Source: Myxococcales bacterium | GTDB lineage: Bacteria > Myxococcota_A > Polyangia > Polyangiales > DASUME01 | DNA: 64,000 bases | Reading direction: 5' to 3' | Assembly (NCBI GenBank): GCA_047601445.1 | Contig: JASGJH010000001.1 | Span: 6,944,001 to 7,008,000 of the forward strand | Shown: one piece after another, positions 55,764 to 64,000 of the stretch | Layout of the letters: each line of letters starts with the position of its first letter | How positions within the stretch are numbered: position 1 is the first letter of the stretch | The notes under the pieces: generated by a model | The model's input: only the letters and a program-made list of their open reading frames with translations | Database searches by the model: none | What the model was told of the DNA's origin: nothing | Made by a program: the position numbers and the translations under genes

Positions 55764-56237
55764 TTACGGAATGGCCGCGGCGCTCGCGGGGGCCGCGTTG
55801 CTGGCGACCTGGGCAGGGGCCTGCGGTGCCGGGCGGCAAGCGCTCGGGTGCGCGCTCACTTCGGAGCCCAGCACGCTGCGCGCCGGGAAATATCCCTCAT
55901 CCTGCTGCACGAAGACCTGGCGCTCGGCTGGATAGGCGCAGCCGGTGAAGCTGTCCTTCTGCCACGCGTTTGGCTCGTCGAAGGGACGGCGCTCATCGAC
56001 GGCGAAGCGGTAGAACTGCTTCCCGCGCACGTCGGTAAGGGCCACTTCATCGAGTACTCGGACGCGCCGCTGCACGGCCACCGGTGCGGCGCGAGAGAAC
56101 AGGCTGCGACTGGACTCAGACTTCCTGAGCGGTGCCAGGATTTGCTTGGTTACCAGCTCATTGACGGCGCTCGAGGGCGGCTCGGCAAGGGCCACGCTCG
56201 AACAGAGGATCAGAGCGATACACGGCAGCGATTTCAT
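55764..56237 (-). CDS. Secreted hypothetical protein
   Basis: MKSLPCIALILCSSVALA signal peptide. Confidence 0.65.
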   Translation of the reverse strand: MKSLPCIALILCSSVALAEPPSSAVNELVTKQILAPLRKSESSRSLFSRAAPVAVQRRVRVLDEVALTDVRGKQFYRFAVDERRPFDEPNAWQKDSFTGCAYPAERQVFVQQDEGYFPARSVLGSEVSAHPSACRPAPQAPAQVASNAAPASAAAIP

Positions 56238-56257
56238 GGCGAGACCCTTTCTAATTC

Positions 56258-56366
56258 TTTGCACGGGGAGGTCACGCGACCTCCCCGCCCGTCGCGTTGT
56301 TTGCACGGGGAGGTTCGCTTCGCTCGCCGCGCCGGGACCCACCTCACCGCGAGGTTCGCTTCGCTC
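56258..56366. repeat. REP-like intergenic repeat cluster
   Basis: TTTGCACGGGGAGGT twice (56258, 56300); hairpin GGGGAGGTC-ACGC-GACCTCCCC (56265-56286); GAGGTTCGCTTCGCTC twice (56310, 56351). Confidence 0.6.
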
Positions 56367-57066
56367 ACGGGCCCACGCGTAGGTTCACGCGAGCTGGCGC
56401 GCCCACGAACAGCGGGCTGGGGCGTCCGCGCGAAAACAGGAGGGAACCCGTCGCGAGCTCGGCGATGCACGCGCAGCCGAGCACGGGAACCCAGAGCGCA
56501 GCGATGTAGACCCACTCGTCGTAGATCTCGGCGAACTCGGCGCCCACCAACAACATGCGCGACACCACGGCCACTGCGAGCTGCGCCGCCACGTGAGTGC
56601 TGAAGCGGCGGTGCGCGCGCATGTCGCGGGCTCGGGCCGTCTGGACGCTGCGCAGCATGGCGACGAACGTGATGGTGCCGGTGAGCCAGAACCCGAGCGT
56701 GCTCGGGAGTCCGCCCTGGGCGAACAGCGCGAGGTACATGCCAGAAGGGACGACCACGCTCAGGATCAGCACCGCGGTCATGCGGCCGAGCCAGCGGTGG
56801 AAGCGAGGAAATCGTGTGCGTACGCGCTGGCTCAAGAGCACCAGGCAGGCAGGGAGTGCGAACAACGCGCCAGGGACGTGGGCATACAGGGCGGCCAACC
56901 AAAGCCGGGGGCGTGCCAGGGGCAACTTCTCGAGGAAGAACGGATGGGCGTCGCCGAGCTCGATGTAGGAGGTGCTGGCCGAGCCCATGAGGCACAGCCC
57001 GACCGCCATCAGCAAAAAGAAGCCGCCGCGCCCCAGACGGGCGGAAACCTTGGCCAACGTGTCCAT
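56365..57066 (-). CDS. DUF2306-like membrane protein
   Basis: LYAHV, VRTRFPRFHRWLGR, PSGMYLA, AHRRF; about 6 TM helices. Confidence 0.75.
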   Translation of the reverse strand: MDTLAKVSARLGRGGFFLLMAVGLCLMGSASTSYIELGDAHPFFLEKLPLARPRLWLAALYAHVPGALFALPACLVLLSQRVRTRFPRFHRWLGRMTAVLILSVVVPSGMYLALFAQGGLPSTLGFWLTGTITFVAMLRSVQTARARDMRAHRRFSTHVAAQLAVAVVSRMLLVGAEFAEIYDEWVYIAALWVPVLGCACIAELATGSLLFSRGRPSPLFVGAPARVNLRVGP

Positions 57067-57285
57067 GTCTGATTGCAGACGTGCCAGCGCGCGAAAAGTT
57101 CCAGCCGATCGGGGTGGGATCGCGCACAACCGCGAAATTCCGTGCGGCGGCACGGATGGATAGAAAGCCCCGGCTCGCCTGTGAGCCCGGTTACCGCGCA
57201 ACGCTGGGACGGCCCGAAAGCTTCCCTGCGGCAGCTCCAAGGCGGCGCGGAGCTGCTTCGAAACATAGGCGCTATCCTGCCGGGG

Positions 57286-58098
57286 ATGGGTAAGCGTGCG
57301 CCGCGTCTGCGTGTGGTGAGCTGGAACGTGAACGGCCTGCGAGCCTGCGCCGGCAAGGGCTTCCTCGAGTGGCTTCGAGGCGCGGGCGCGCACGTGGTCG
57401 GCTTGCAGGAAGTGCGCGCCGAGGCGAGTCAGTTACCTCGCGAGCTGCGCGAGCCTGCGCGCTGGCACACGCATTTCGTGGCGGCAGAACGGCGCGGCTA
57501 CAGCGGAGTGGGGTTGTACTCACGGTTTGCCCCCGACGGCGTGGAGTCATGCGTCGAGGCTCCGGACTTCGACCGAGAAGGGCGCGTACAGATCGCGCAC
57601 TTCGGCCGCCTCTCCGTGGCCAACATCTACTTTCCCAAAGGCAGCGGGAGAGAGCGCGACAACAGCCGAGTGCCTTACAAGCTCGCGTTCTACGAGCACG
57701 TGCTCGCGCGGTTGTCCGCGTTGCGTGCGCGCGGGCAGCGCGTGCTGGTCATGGGCGACTTCAACACGGCGCATCGCGAAATCGATCTCGCGCGGCCGCG
57801 GGCGAACCGCAAGAACAGCGGCTTCTTGCCCGAGGAATGTGCGGCGCTGGATGCCTGGGTGCAGGCGGGCTTCGTCGACACGTTTCGACACTTCGAGTGC
57901 ACGGGCGGTCACTACACCTGGTGGCGGCAGTGGGGGCCATCGCGCGAGAACAACGTGGGCTGGCGCATCGACTACGTGTTCGCGTGCCCTGAGGCCATGC
58001 CCTACGTCCAACGTGCGTTCATCTGGCCAGACGTCCGCATGTCGGACCACTGTCCCGTGGGAGTCGAGCTCCGCGCCGATATCATGGCCGACGGTTGA
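57286..58098 (+). CDS. xth: Exodeoxyribonuclease III
   Basis: SWNVNGLRA, LQEVR, GYSGV, YFPKG, GDFN, YTWW, WRIDY, SDHCP. Confidence 0.95.
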   Translation: MGKRAPRLRVVSWNVNGLRACAGKGFLEWLRGAGAHVVGLQEVRAEASQLPRELREPARWHTHFVAAERRGYSGVGLYSRFAPDGVESCVEAPDFDREGRVQIAHFGRLSVANIYFPKGSGRERDNSRVPYKLAFYEHVLARLSALRARGQRVLVMGDFNTAHREIDLARPRANRKNSGFLPEECAALDAWVQAGFVDTFRHFECTGGHYTWWRQWGPSRENNVGWRIDYVFACPEAMPYVQRAFIWPDVRMSDHCPVGVELRADIMADG

Positions 58099-58259
58099 GC
58101 AATCCGTTGTCCGCGCGACCAGCGAAAGTCGCATGTCGGATGGCGTCTCCAATCATCAGTTGACCACGCCGCTTGCGCGGCCTCACGGCCATGACGAAAG
58201 TTCGCCGGGCCCTGTTTTTGTGCGCGCAACGAAGCACTTGTCTGCCTTACCATTTGCTC

Positions 58260-61200
58260 GTGGACGACATCCTCTCGCGGGATCGACGGCTTGCGCGCCG
58301 TTCGGTCAACACCCTTCTCGTACCCATTTTTTGCGCCCTTACGGCCGCTGCGTGTGCCGGAGGAGCCTCCGGTCCTGGCGGCGATCAGGGCGGAGATAGC
58401 GGAACACCTGGGTTCGACAGCGGTCAGTTGATAGGGGATGGCGACGAAGAAGATGGCGGCGAAGACTCCGGTGTCGTGGTTAATCACGACGGCGGCCTGC
58501 CTGCGCGCAGCGCTTGCGGAAACAACGAGCTCGATCAAGGCGAAGCCTGCGACGACGGCAATAACCAATCCGGGGACGGTTGCAGCGTCGATTGCGTGAT
58601 CGAGGAAGGCTTTGCGTGCCCCATGGTGGGCGTGGCCTGCGAGGAGTGTGGCAACAGCATCATCGAGAGCTCCGAGCAGTGCGACGACGGCAACCGTGAG
58701 CCAGGGGACGGATGCGAGCCTTCGTGCGTCAAGCAAGATGGGTACGTGTGCTTGGTTGGCGGTGCTCCCTGCGAGCTCTGCGGAGATGGCAAGAAGGGCG
58801 CGCTGAGCGAGAACTGCGACGACGGTAACCGCGAGTCGGGAGACGGCTGTAATGCCGACTGCACCGAGATCGAGCCCAACTTCGTGTGCCTTGTCCCCGG
58901 AGAGGGATGCGCCGAGTGCGGCAACGGCCTGGTCGACAAGATCATCGATGACATCGCCGGTGTGGTCTACGAGGAGGCCTGCGACGACGGCAACACGCTG
59001 GGCGGAGACGGCTGTGCCTTCAACTGTACTCAGGTGGAGCTCGGCTTCAGTTGTCCTGTCCCCAATCAGTCCTGTGTGAGCTGTGGTGACGGCATCAAGC
59101 AGCCCGGCGAAGGCTGCGACGACGGCAACTTCGACGACGCCGACGGCTGTCCGAACGACTGCAGCGCGGTGAACCCGGGTTGGAGCTGTCCGGTGGATGG
59201 TGAGCTCTGCATCCAGTGCGGCAACGGCATCAAGGAGACCATCGAGAACGACTCGGGCGCCGTGATCATCGCGGAAGCCTGCGACGATGGCATGCGCTGT
59301 TCCGGCGGCAGCGTGGCTGGTACGTTGTGTGACACCGACGAGGACTGTACGGGCGGTGGCACATGCGCGCCTCAGGACGGCGACGGCTGCTCTGCGGACT
59401 GCAGCGAAATCGAGAGCGGCTGGAGCTGCCCGATCCCGGGCGTCGAATGTGGGCGCTGCGGCGACGGCGTGCGCCAGGCCATCGAGGCCTGCGACGACCA
59501 GAACCTGACTGCCGGCGATGGTTGCGCGGCCGACTGCTCGGCGATGGACAGCGGTTTCCGTTGCACCACGTCGGCGAGTGGCCTGAGCGTGTGCTCCAAG
59601 TGTGGCAACGGCAAGCGCGAGGCCCCGAACGAGGCCTGTGACGACGGCAACACCGTGGGGCTCGACGGCTGCTCGGCCACCTGCGCACGCATCGAGACCA
59701 ACTTCGTGTGCAACGAGAGTGGCCTGGGCCTCTCGACCTGTTCGCGCTGCGGCGACGGCAAGGTCAACGGCCTCGAGGTGTGCGACGACGGCAACGCGGT
59801 CTCCAACGACGGTTGCTCCAACGACTGCAAGACCGTCGAGAGTGGCTTCAACTGCTTCACCGCCGGCAAGCTCTGCGCATTGTGCGGAGACGGCGTCAAG
59901 GAGCCGGGGGAGGCTTGCGACGAGGGCACCTACGCCGACAACGTGGGCTGCACGAACCTGTGCAAGACGGTGGACACCGGTGGCGGATGGGCCTGTCCCA
60001 CCGCGGGATTGCCCTGCGGTAGGTGCGGCGACGGCGTGATCGCCGAGGTCGAGGCCTGTGATGATGGCAACAAGGTGGGCGGTGACGGCTGCGAGGCCAG
60101 CTGTACCGCGCTCACCACCAATTACTTCTGCGCGCCCGATGCCAACGGCAAGAGCGTGTGCAGCTTGTGCGGTAACAGCAAGCGCGAGACCCCCAACGAG
60201 GCCTGCGACGACGGCGACCGCAGCTCGGGCGATGGTTGCAGCGCGGATTGTCGGCGCGAAGAGGCCGGCTGGGTATGCGAGGAGAACGCCAGCGGCTTCT
60301 CGACGTGCGGCAAGTGTGGCAACGGCATCAAGGAAGGCTCCGAGGTGTGCGACGACCGCAACGCCATCGGTGGTGACGGCTGCAGTGCTGACTGCCGTAC
60401 CGTGGAGACCAACTTCACGTGCACCACGGCCGGACAGCCCTGCGAGCGCTGCGGCAACTCCTACAAGGGCCCGGGCGAAGTCTGCGACGACGGCAACAAC
60501 GTTTCGGGGGACGGCTGCGAGTCGAACTGCAAGAGCGTCACGGCCGGCGGCTGGGTCTGCAATACGGCCGGTAACCTGTGTAGCAAGTGCGGCGACTCCA
60601 AGATCCAGGTCCCCGAGATCTGCGACGACGGCAACACGGTCTCGGGCGACGGTTGCGCCTCGACCTGTGCGTCGGTCGAGACCGGAACCGGTTGGACCTG
60701 CACGACCAACGCCACGGGCAAGAGCATCTGCACCCAGTGCGGTAACGGCAAGCGTGAGACCGGCGAGGCCTGCGATGATGGTGATCGCGTGGGCGGCAAC
60801 GGCTGTAGCGCGGACTGTCGACGCGTCGATACGGGCTTCGTGTGCACCGAGAACGTCTCCGGCCTGACAAGCTGCACCTTCTGCGGTGACGGCAAGGTCC
60901 AGGGCCTCGAGGTGTGCGACGACCACAACGCGATCGGTGGCGATGGCTGCAGCGCTGACTGCAAGACCGTGGCCACCAACTACACCTGCGTCGCGGGTAT
61001 GCCATGCTCGCTCTGCGGCGACGGAGTGGTGGGGCCGGGTGAGCTCTGCGACGAGGGCACGTTCCGTGACAACGTGGGCTGTTCCAACACCTGCCGCACG
61101 GTCGACAACGGCTACGTGTGCGAACTGCCGGGCGGCGTGTGCAGCAAGTGCGGCGACGGCGTGATCAACGGGCGGGAGGTCTGCGACGAGGGCCTGCTGA

Positions 61201-64000
61201 CCGACAACGTCGGCTGCGCGAGCTCGTGCAAGGTGATCAGCACCAACTACTACTGCTCCGTGGCGGGCGAAGCCTGCACCCTGTGTGGTAACGGCTCCAT
61301 CGACGGTGCCGAGGTCTGCGACGACGGCAACGCGATCAGCGGCGATGGCTGCAGCAAGCGCTGTGACCGCGAAGAGACCGGGTTCCAGTGCGACAACGGC
61401 TCGGGCGGCCTCGGACCCACCGTGTGCACCTTCTGCGGCGACGGCATCAAGGAGGGGGCTGAAACCTGCGACGACGGCAACGCCACGGCCGGTGACGGTT
61501 GCTCGGCGCTGTGCAAGCTCGAGGACACCGGCAACTACAACTGTATCCCTGGCAAGCCGTGCTCGCGCTGTGGCGACGGCGCGGTGGGCCCAGGCGAGGT
61601 CTGCGACGAGGGTACCTATCGCGACGATTTCGGATGTACCAACACCTGCCGCACTATCGACACGGCTGGCGGCTACGTGTGTCCGCGTGCCGGCATCGAG
61701 TGCAACAGCTGCGGCGACAAGGCCCTCGAAGGTCTGGAAGTCTGCGACGACGGCAACAAGGTCGCTGGCGACGGCTGCGCCGCCGACTGTCGCACCATCG
61801 AACCCAACTACGGCTGCACCACGGCCGGCGCGCTGTGTGAAAAGTGCGGCAATGGCAAGATCGGCCCCGGCGAAGTGTGCGACGACGGCAACGCCGCGGG
61901 CGGCGACGGCTGCGACCGCCTGTGCAAGACGGTCGAGACCGGCTTCGCCTGCACCCCTGTGGGAACGCAGGGCGCGGGTCCCACCAGCTGCAGCTACTGT
62001 GGCGATGGCAAGGTGACCGGTCTGGAGAAGTGCGACGACTCCAACCACAACAGCAACGATGGCTGCAGCTCGACCTGCACGATCGAGGCGAACTACAACT
62101 GCTTCATTCCCGGCTTCGCGTGCGCATTGTGCGGAAACGGCGTGGTCGACCCGGGTGAAACCTGTGACGAGGGCGAGCTGCCGGCCGATGGCGTTGGCTG
62201 CACCAACCTGTGCACGAAGATCGCCACCGACTACGTGTGCGCGGTTCCGGGCCTGGACTGCCTCCTTTGCGGCAATGGCGTGGTCGACTCTGCGACGCGA
62301 GCGGGCAAGACCTACAAGGAAGAGTGCGACGACGGAAATCGCACGTCCGACGACGGTTGCGACGGCTTCTGCGCCGCCGAGGACGGCTATGACTGCGGCA
62401 TCGGCACCAAGTGCGTGGCGGCCGCCTGTGGCGACGGCTTCGTGGCGGGCGACGAAGAGTGCGACGATGGCAATACGCTATCCGGCGATGGCTGCAGCGT
62501 GCTCTGCAAGGTCGACACCGGCTACGTGTGCTTGGCGAACACCGTGCCTGCCTGCGTGAAGACCAAGTGCGGCGACGGCGTGATCCAGGGTGCCGAGCAG
62601 TGCGAAGACAATGACGGCGCGAGCCCGCAGTCGAACGACGGCTGCTCCTCTACCTGCATGCTCGAGATCGGCTGGAAGTGTCCGGTGGTCGGGGCTGCCT
62701 GCACCACCGCCACCTGCGGCGACGGTGTGGTCGAGGGCGCGGAGCAGTGCGATGAAGGTGCGCTCAAGGACGGCGTGGGCTGCACCAACACCTGCCAGAT
62801 CGAAGCCGGCTACCAGTGCCTCACGGCCGGTGCGGCCTGCACCGCGGCGGTGTGTGGCAACGGTGTGATCGAGGGCCTCGAGAAGTGCGACGACGGCAAC
62901 ACCACGAGCGGCGACGGCTGCCGCGGCACGCTGAACTTCGACGGCACCAGCGCGAGCGCGGCCCAGAAGTGTCAGATCGAACCCCTGTTCGATTGCGTCA
63001 ACGTGACGGCCAACACGCCGGACTCCAAGTGCTCACGCATCACGCAGTGGGTGCGCATCCAGTCCTTCAATGTGCAGAACATCAACCCCGAGGCGCTGCA
63101 CTACGACATCACCACGCGTTCGTTCGTGGGCTACAAGCCGACTAGCCAGTCGCTGAAGCCCATCGAGCTCTGCCTCGACGGAACGATCCTCAATCCCAAC
63201 GTCAACACATCGCTGACGGCTCGTCCCAAGCCGGTCACTACGCCCACCGGCGCGACCTACGATCCGTTCAAGGGACAGTGGTTGTTCGTCGAGGGCGGCG
63301 CAACGTTGACCGAGCTCTTGCCGAGCGAGGCTACCACCGTGGCCAACTTGGTGAACAAGAGCGCCTACCAGGAGGTGCTCAAGACCGTGGCCAACGGCAG
63401 CATTACGGACGCCACCGGCATCACCGTGGGTGAAGACGGTCGCCTCTACCTGACCACCTCCACGGGTGGCGGATGCAAGGACCGCATCTTCGACGTGTAC
63501 GCACGCGACAAGGCGGGCAACACGGAGTTTGCGACCCAGGCTAGCGCTACCTTCGGGATGGCCGCGGATGGCATCGACGACCTCTTCACGCTGCCCGGTG
63601 AAGGCCTCGTGGGCGTCTTCAACGATCCCTGCAACAGCGGTACGACCAGCTCCGAGCTCACCGGATCCGGCCTGCGCTTCAGCTTCTTCGACCAGAGCGG
63701 CGCGCTCGTGGCCCAGGAAAAGCTGCCCAACCCGAGCGGCATGTTCGTGTACGGCAGCGCCTTCACCAAGTCGATGGACGCGGCCGAGACGGCTCCCGAC
63801 GGCGGCGCCTTCGTGGTCTGCGTGGCCTCGAGCTCCGAGCCCTGTCAGCTCTTCGCCCGCTCCTGTCAGGTGGACGAGGACTGCGCGGCGTTGATGCCTG
63901 GTGGCGTGTGCGACCCGTTGCTCCAGTGCCGCGGCGGTAGCAATGCCGGTGCGCGCTGCGAAAGCAACACGGATTGCGGCGGTGGCGGTACCTGCGGTGT
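58260..64000 (+). CDS. Giant myxobacterial Cys-rich repeat (DUF4215/TIGR02232-type) lipoprotein, runs off the window end
   Basis: Same frame at the start and end of the region with repeats throughout and no stop seen; signal ending TAAA-C; about 31 CG[DN]G..E.CDDGN...DGC...C units; in-frame ATG at 58191 is an alternative start. Confidence 0.9.
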   Translation, partial: MDDILSRDRRLARRSVNTLLVPIFCALTAAACAGGASGPGGDQGGDSGTPGFDSGQLIGDGDEEDGGEDSGVVVNHDGGLPARSACGNNELDQGEACDDGNNQSGDGCSVDCVIEEGFACPMVGVACEECGNSIIESSEQCDDGNREPGDGCEPSCVKQDGYVCLVGGAPCELCGDGKKGALSENCDDGNRESGDGCNADCTEIEPNFVCLVPGEGCAECGNGLVDKIIDDIAGVVYEEACDDGNTLGGDGCAFNCTQVELGFSCPVPNQSCVSCGDGIKQPGEGCDDGNFDDADGCPNDCSAVNPGWSCPVDGELCIQCGNGIKETIENDSGAVIIAEACDDGMRCSGGSVAGTLCDTDEDCTGGGTCAPQDGDGCSADCSEIESGWSCPIPGVECGRCGDGVRQAIEACDDQNLTAGDGCAADCSAMDSGFRCTTSASGLSVCSKCGNGKREAPNEACDDGNTVGLDGCSATCARIETNFVCNESGLGLSTCSRCGDGKVNGLEVCDDGNAVSNDGCSNDCKTVESGFNCFTAGKLCALCGDGVKEPGEACDEGTYADNVGCTNLCKTVDTGGGWACPTAGLPCGRCGDGVIAEVEACDDGNKVGGDGCEASCTALTTNYFCAPDANGKSVCSLCGNSKRETPNEACDDGDRSSGDGCSADCRREEAGWVCEENASGFSTCGKCGNGIKEGSEVCDDRNAIGGDGCSADCRTVETNFTCTTAGQPCERCGNSYKGPGEVCDDGNNVSGDGCESNCKSVTAGGWVCNTAGNLCSKCGDSKIQVPEICDDGNTVSGDGCASTCASVETGTGWTCTTNATGKSICTQCGNGKRETGEACDDGDRVGGNGCSADCRRVDTGFVCTENVSGLTSCTFCGDGKVQGLEVCDDHNAIGGDGCSADCKTVATNYTCVAGMPCSLCGDGVVGPGELCDEGTFRDNVGCSNTCRTVDNGYVCELPGGVCSKCGDGVINGREVCDEGLLTDNVGCASSCKVISTNYYCSVAGEACTLCGNGSIDGAEVCDDGNAISGDGCSKRCDREETGFQCDNGSGGLGPTVCTFCGDGIKEGAETCDDGNATAGDGCSALCKLEDTGNYNCIPGKPCSRCGDGAVGPGEVCDEGTYRDDFGCTNTCRTIDTAGGYVCPRAGIECNSCGDKALEGLEVCDDGNKVAGDGCAADCRTIEPNYGCTTAGALCEKCGNGKIGPGEVCDDGNAAGGDGCDRLCKTVETGFACTPVGTQGAGPTSCSYCGDGKVTGLEKCDDSNHNSNDGCSSTCTIEANYNCFIPGFACALCGNGVVDPGETCDEGELPADGVGCTNLCTKIATDYVCAVPGLDCLLCGNGVVDSATRAGKTYKEECDDGNRTSDDGCDGFCAAEDGYDCGIGTKCVAAACGDGFVAGDEECDDGNTLSGDGCSVLCKVDTGYVCLANTVPACVKTKCGDGVIQGAEQCEDNDGASPQSNDGCSSTCMLEIGWKCPVVGAACTTATCGDGVVEGAEQCDEGALKDGVGCTNTCQIEAGYQCLTAGAACTAAVCGNGVIEGLEKCDDGNTTSGDGCRGTLNFDGTSASAAQKCQIEPLFDCVNVTANTPDSKCSRITQWVRIQSFNVQNINPEALHYDITTRSFVGYKPTSQSLKPIELCLDGTILNPNVNTSLTARPKPVTTPTGATYDPFKGQWLFVEGGATLTELLPSEATTVANLVNKSAYQEVLKTVANGSITDATGITVGEDGRLYLTTSTGGGCKDRIFDVYARDKAGNTEFATQASATFGMAADGIDDLFTLPGEGLVGVFNDPCNSGTTSSELTGSGLRFSFFDQSGALVAQEKLPNPSGMFVYGSAFTKSMDAAETAPDGGAFVVCVASSSEPCQLFARSCQVDEDCAALMPGGVCDPLLQCRGGSNAGARCESNTDCGGGGTCG
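58515..62925 (+). repeat. Array of about 31 Cys-rich coding repeats (mostly 130-150 bp)
   Basis: Recurrent TGCGG[CT][GA]ACGGC and TGCGACGACGGCAAC. Confidence 0.9.

Noticed and set aside
56258..56366. Short direct repeats as a CRISPR mini-array
   Set aside because: Only two copies of each 15-16-bp repeat, no regular repeat-spacer structure, no cas genes
58002..62048. 1348-aa minus-strand ORF rich in Ala/Val
   Set aside because: Antisense shadow of the plus-strand Cys-rich repeat gene; AVAVVA-type repeats are the reverse reading of CDDGN codons

Overview
High-GC bacterial chromosomal window with strong Myxococcota (myxobacterial) hallmarks: a Cys-rich repeat giant protein, an AgmX/PglI-type TonB C-terminal protein, an ECF sigma/anti-sigma/caspase module, a Ser/Thr kinase and many lipoproteins. 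I found no rRNA, tRNA, CRISPR array, integrase or transposase. Three regions stand out. (1) A seven-gene minus-strand operon (11253-20996) encodes an old-yellow-enzyme reductase, two paralogous RoxA-like di-heme c-type cytochromes flanking a small membrane protein, an aldehyde-reductase-like SDR, a catalase-fold protein with an altered distal residue and a TPR-fused fatty-acid alpha-dioxygenase-like heme peroxidase; it is a candidate undescribed lipid-oxygenation (oxylipin/fatty aldehyde) pathway. (2) A divergent candidate toxin/effector locus (21514-31631) has a large putative pore/translocation protein, a protein ending in a PD-(D/E)xK nuclease-like domain with no visible immunity gene, and an OmpA/peptidoglycan-binding protein followed by a lipoprotein and a beta-rich protein. 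(3) A >1900-aa Cys-rich repeat lipoprotein (58260 to window end) is missing from the ORF track. Three +1 frameshifts may be sequencing errors. All product calls come from motif recognition by eye; no database searches were run.
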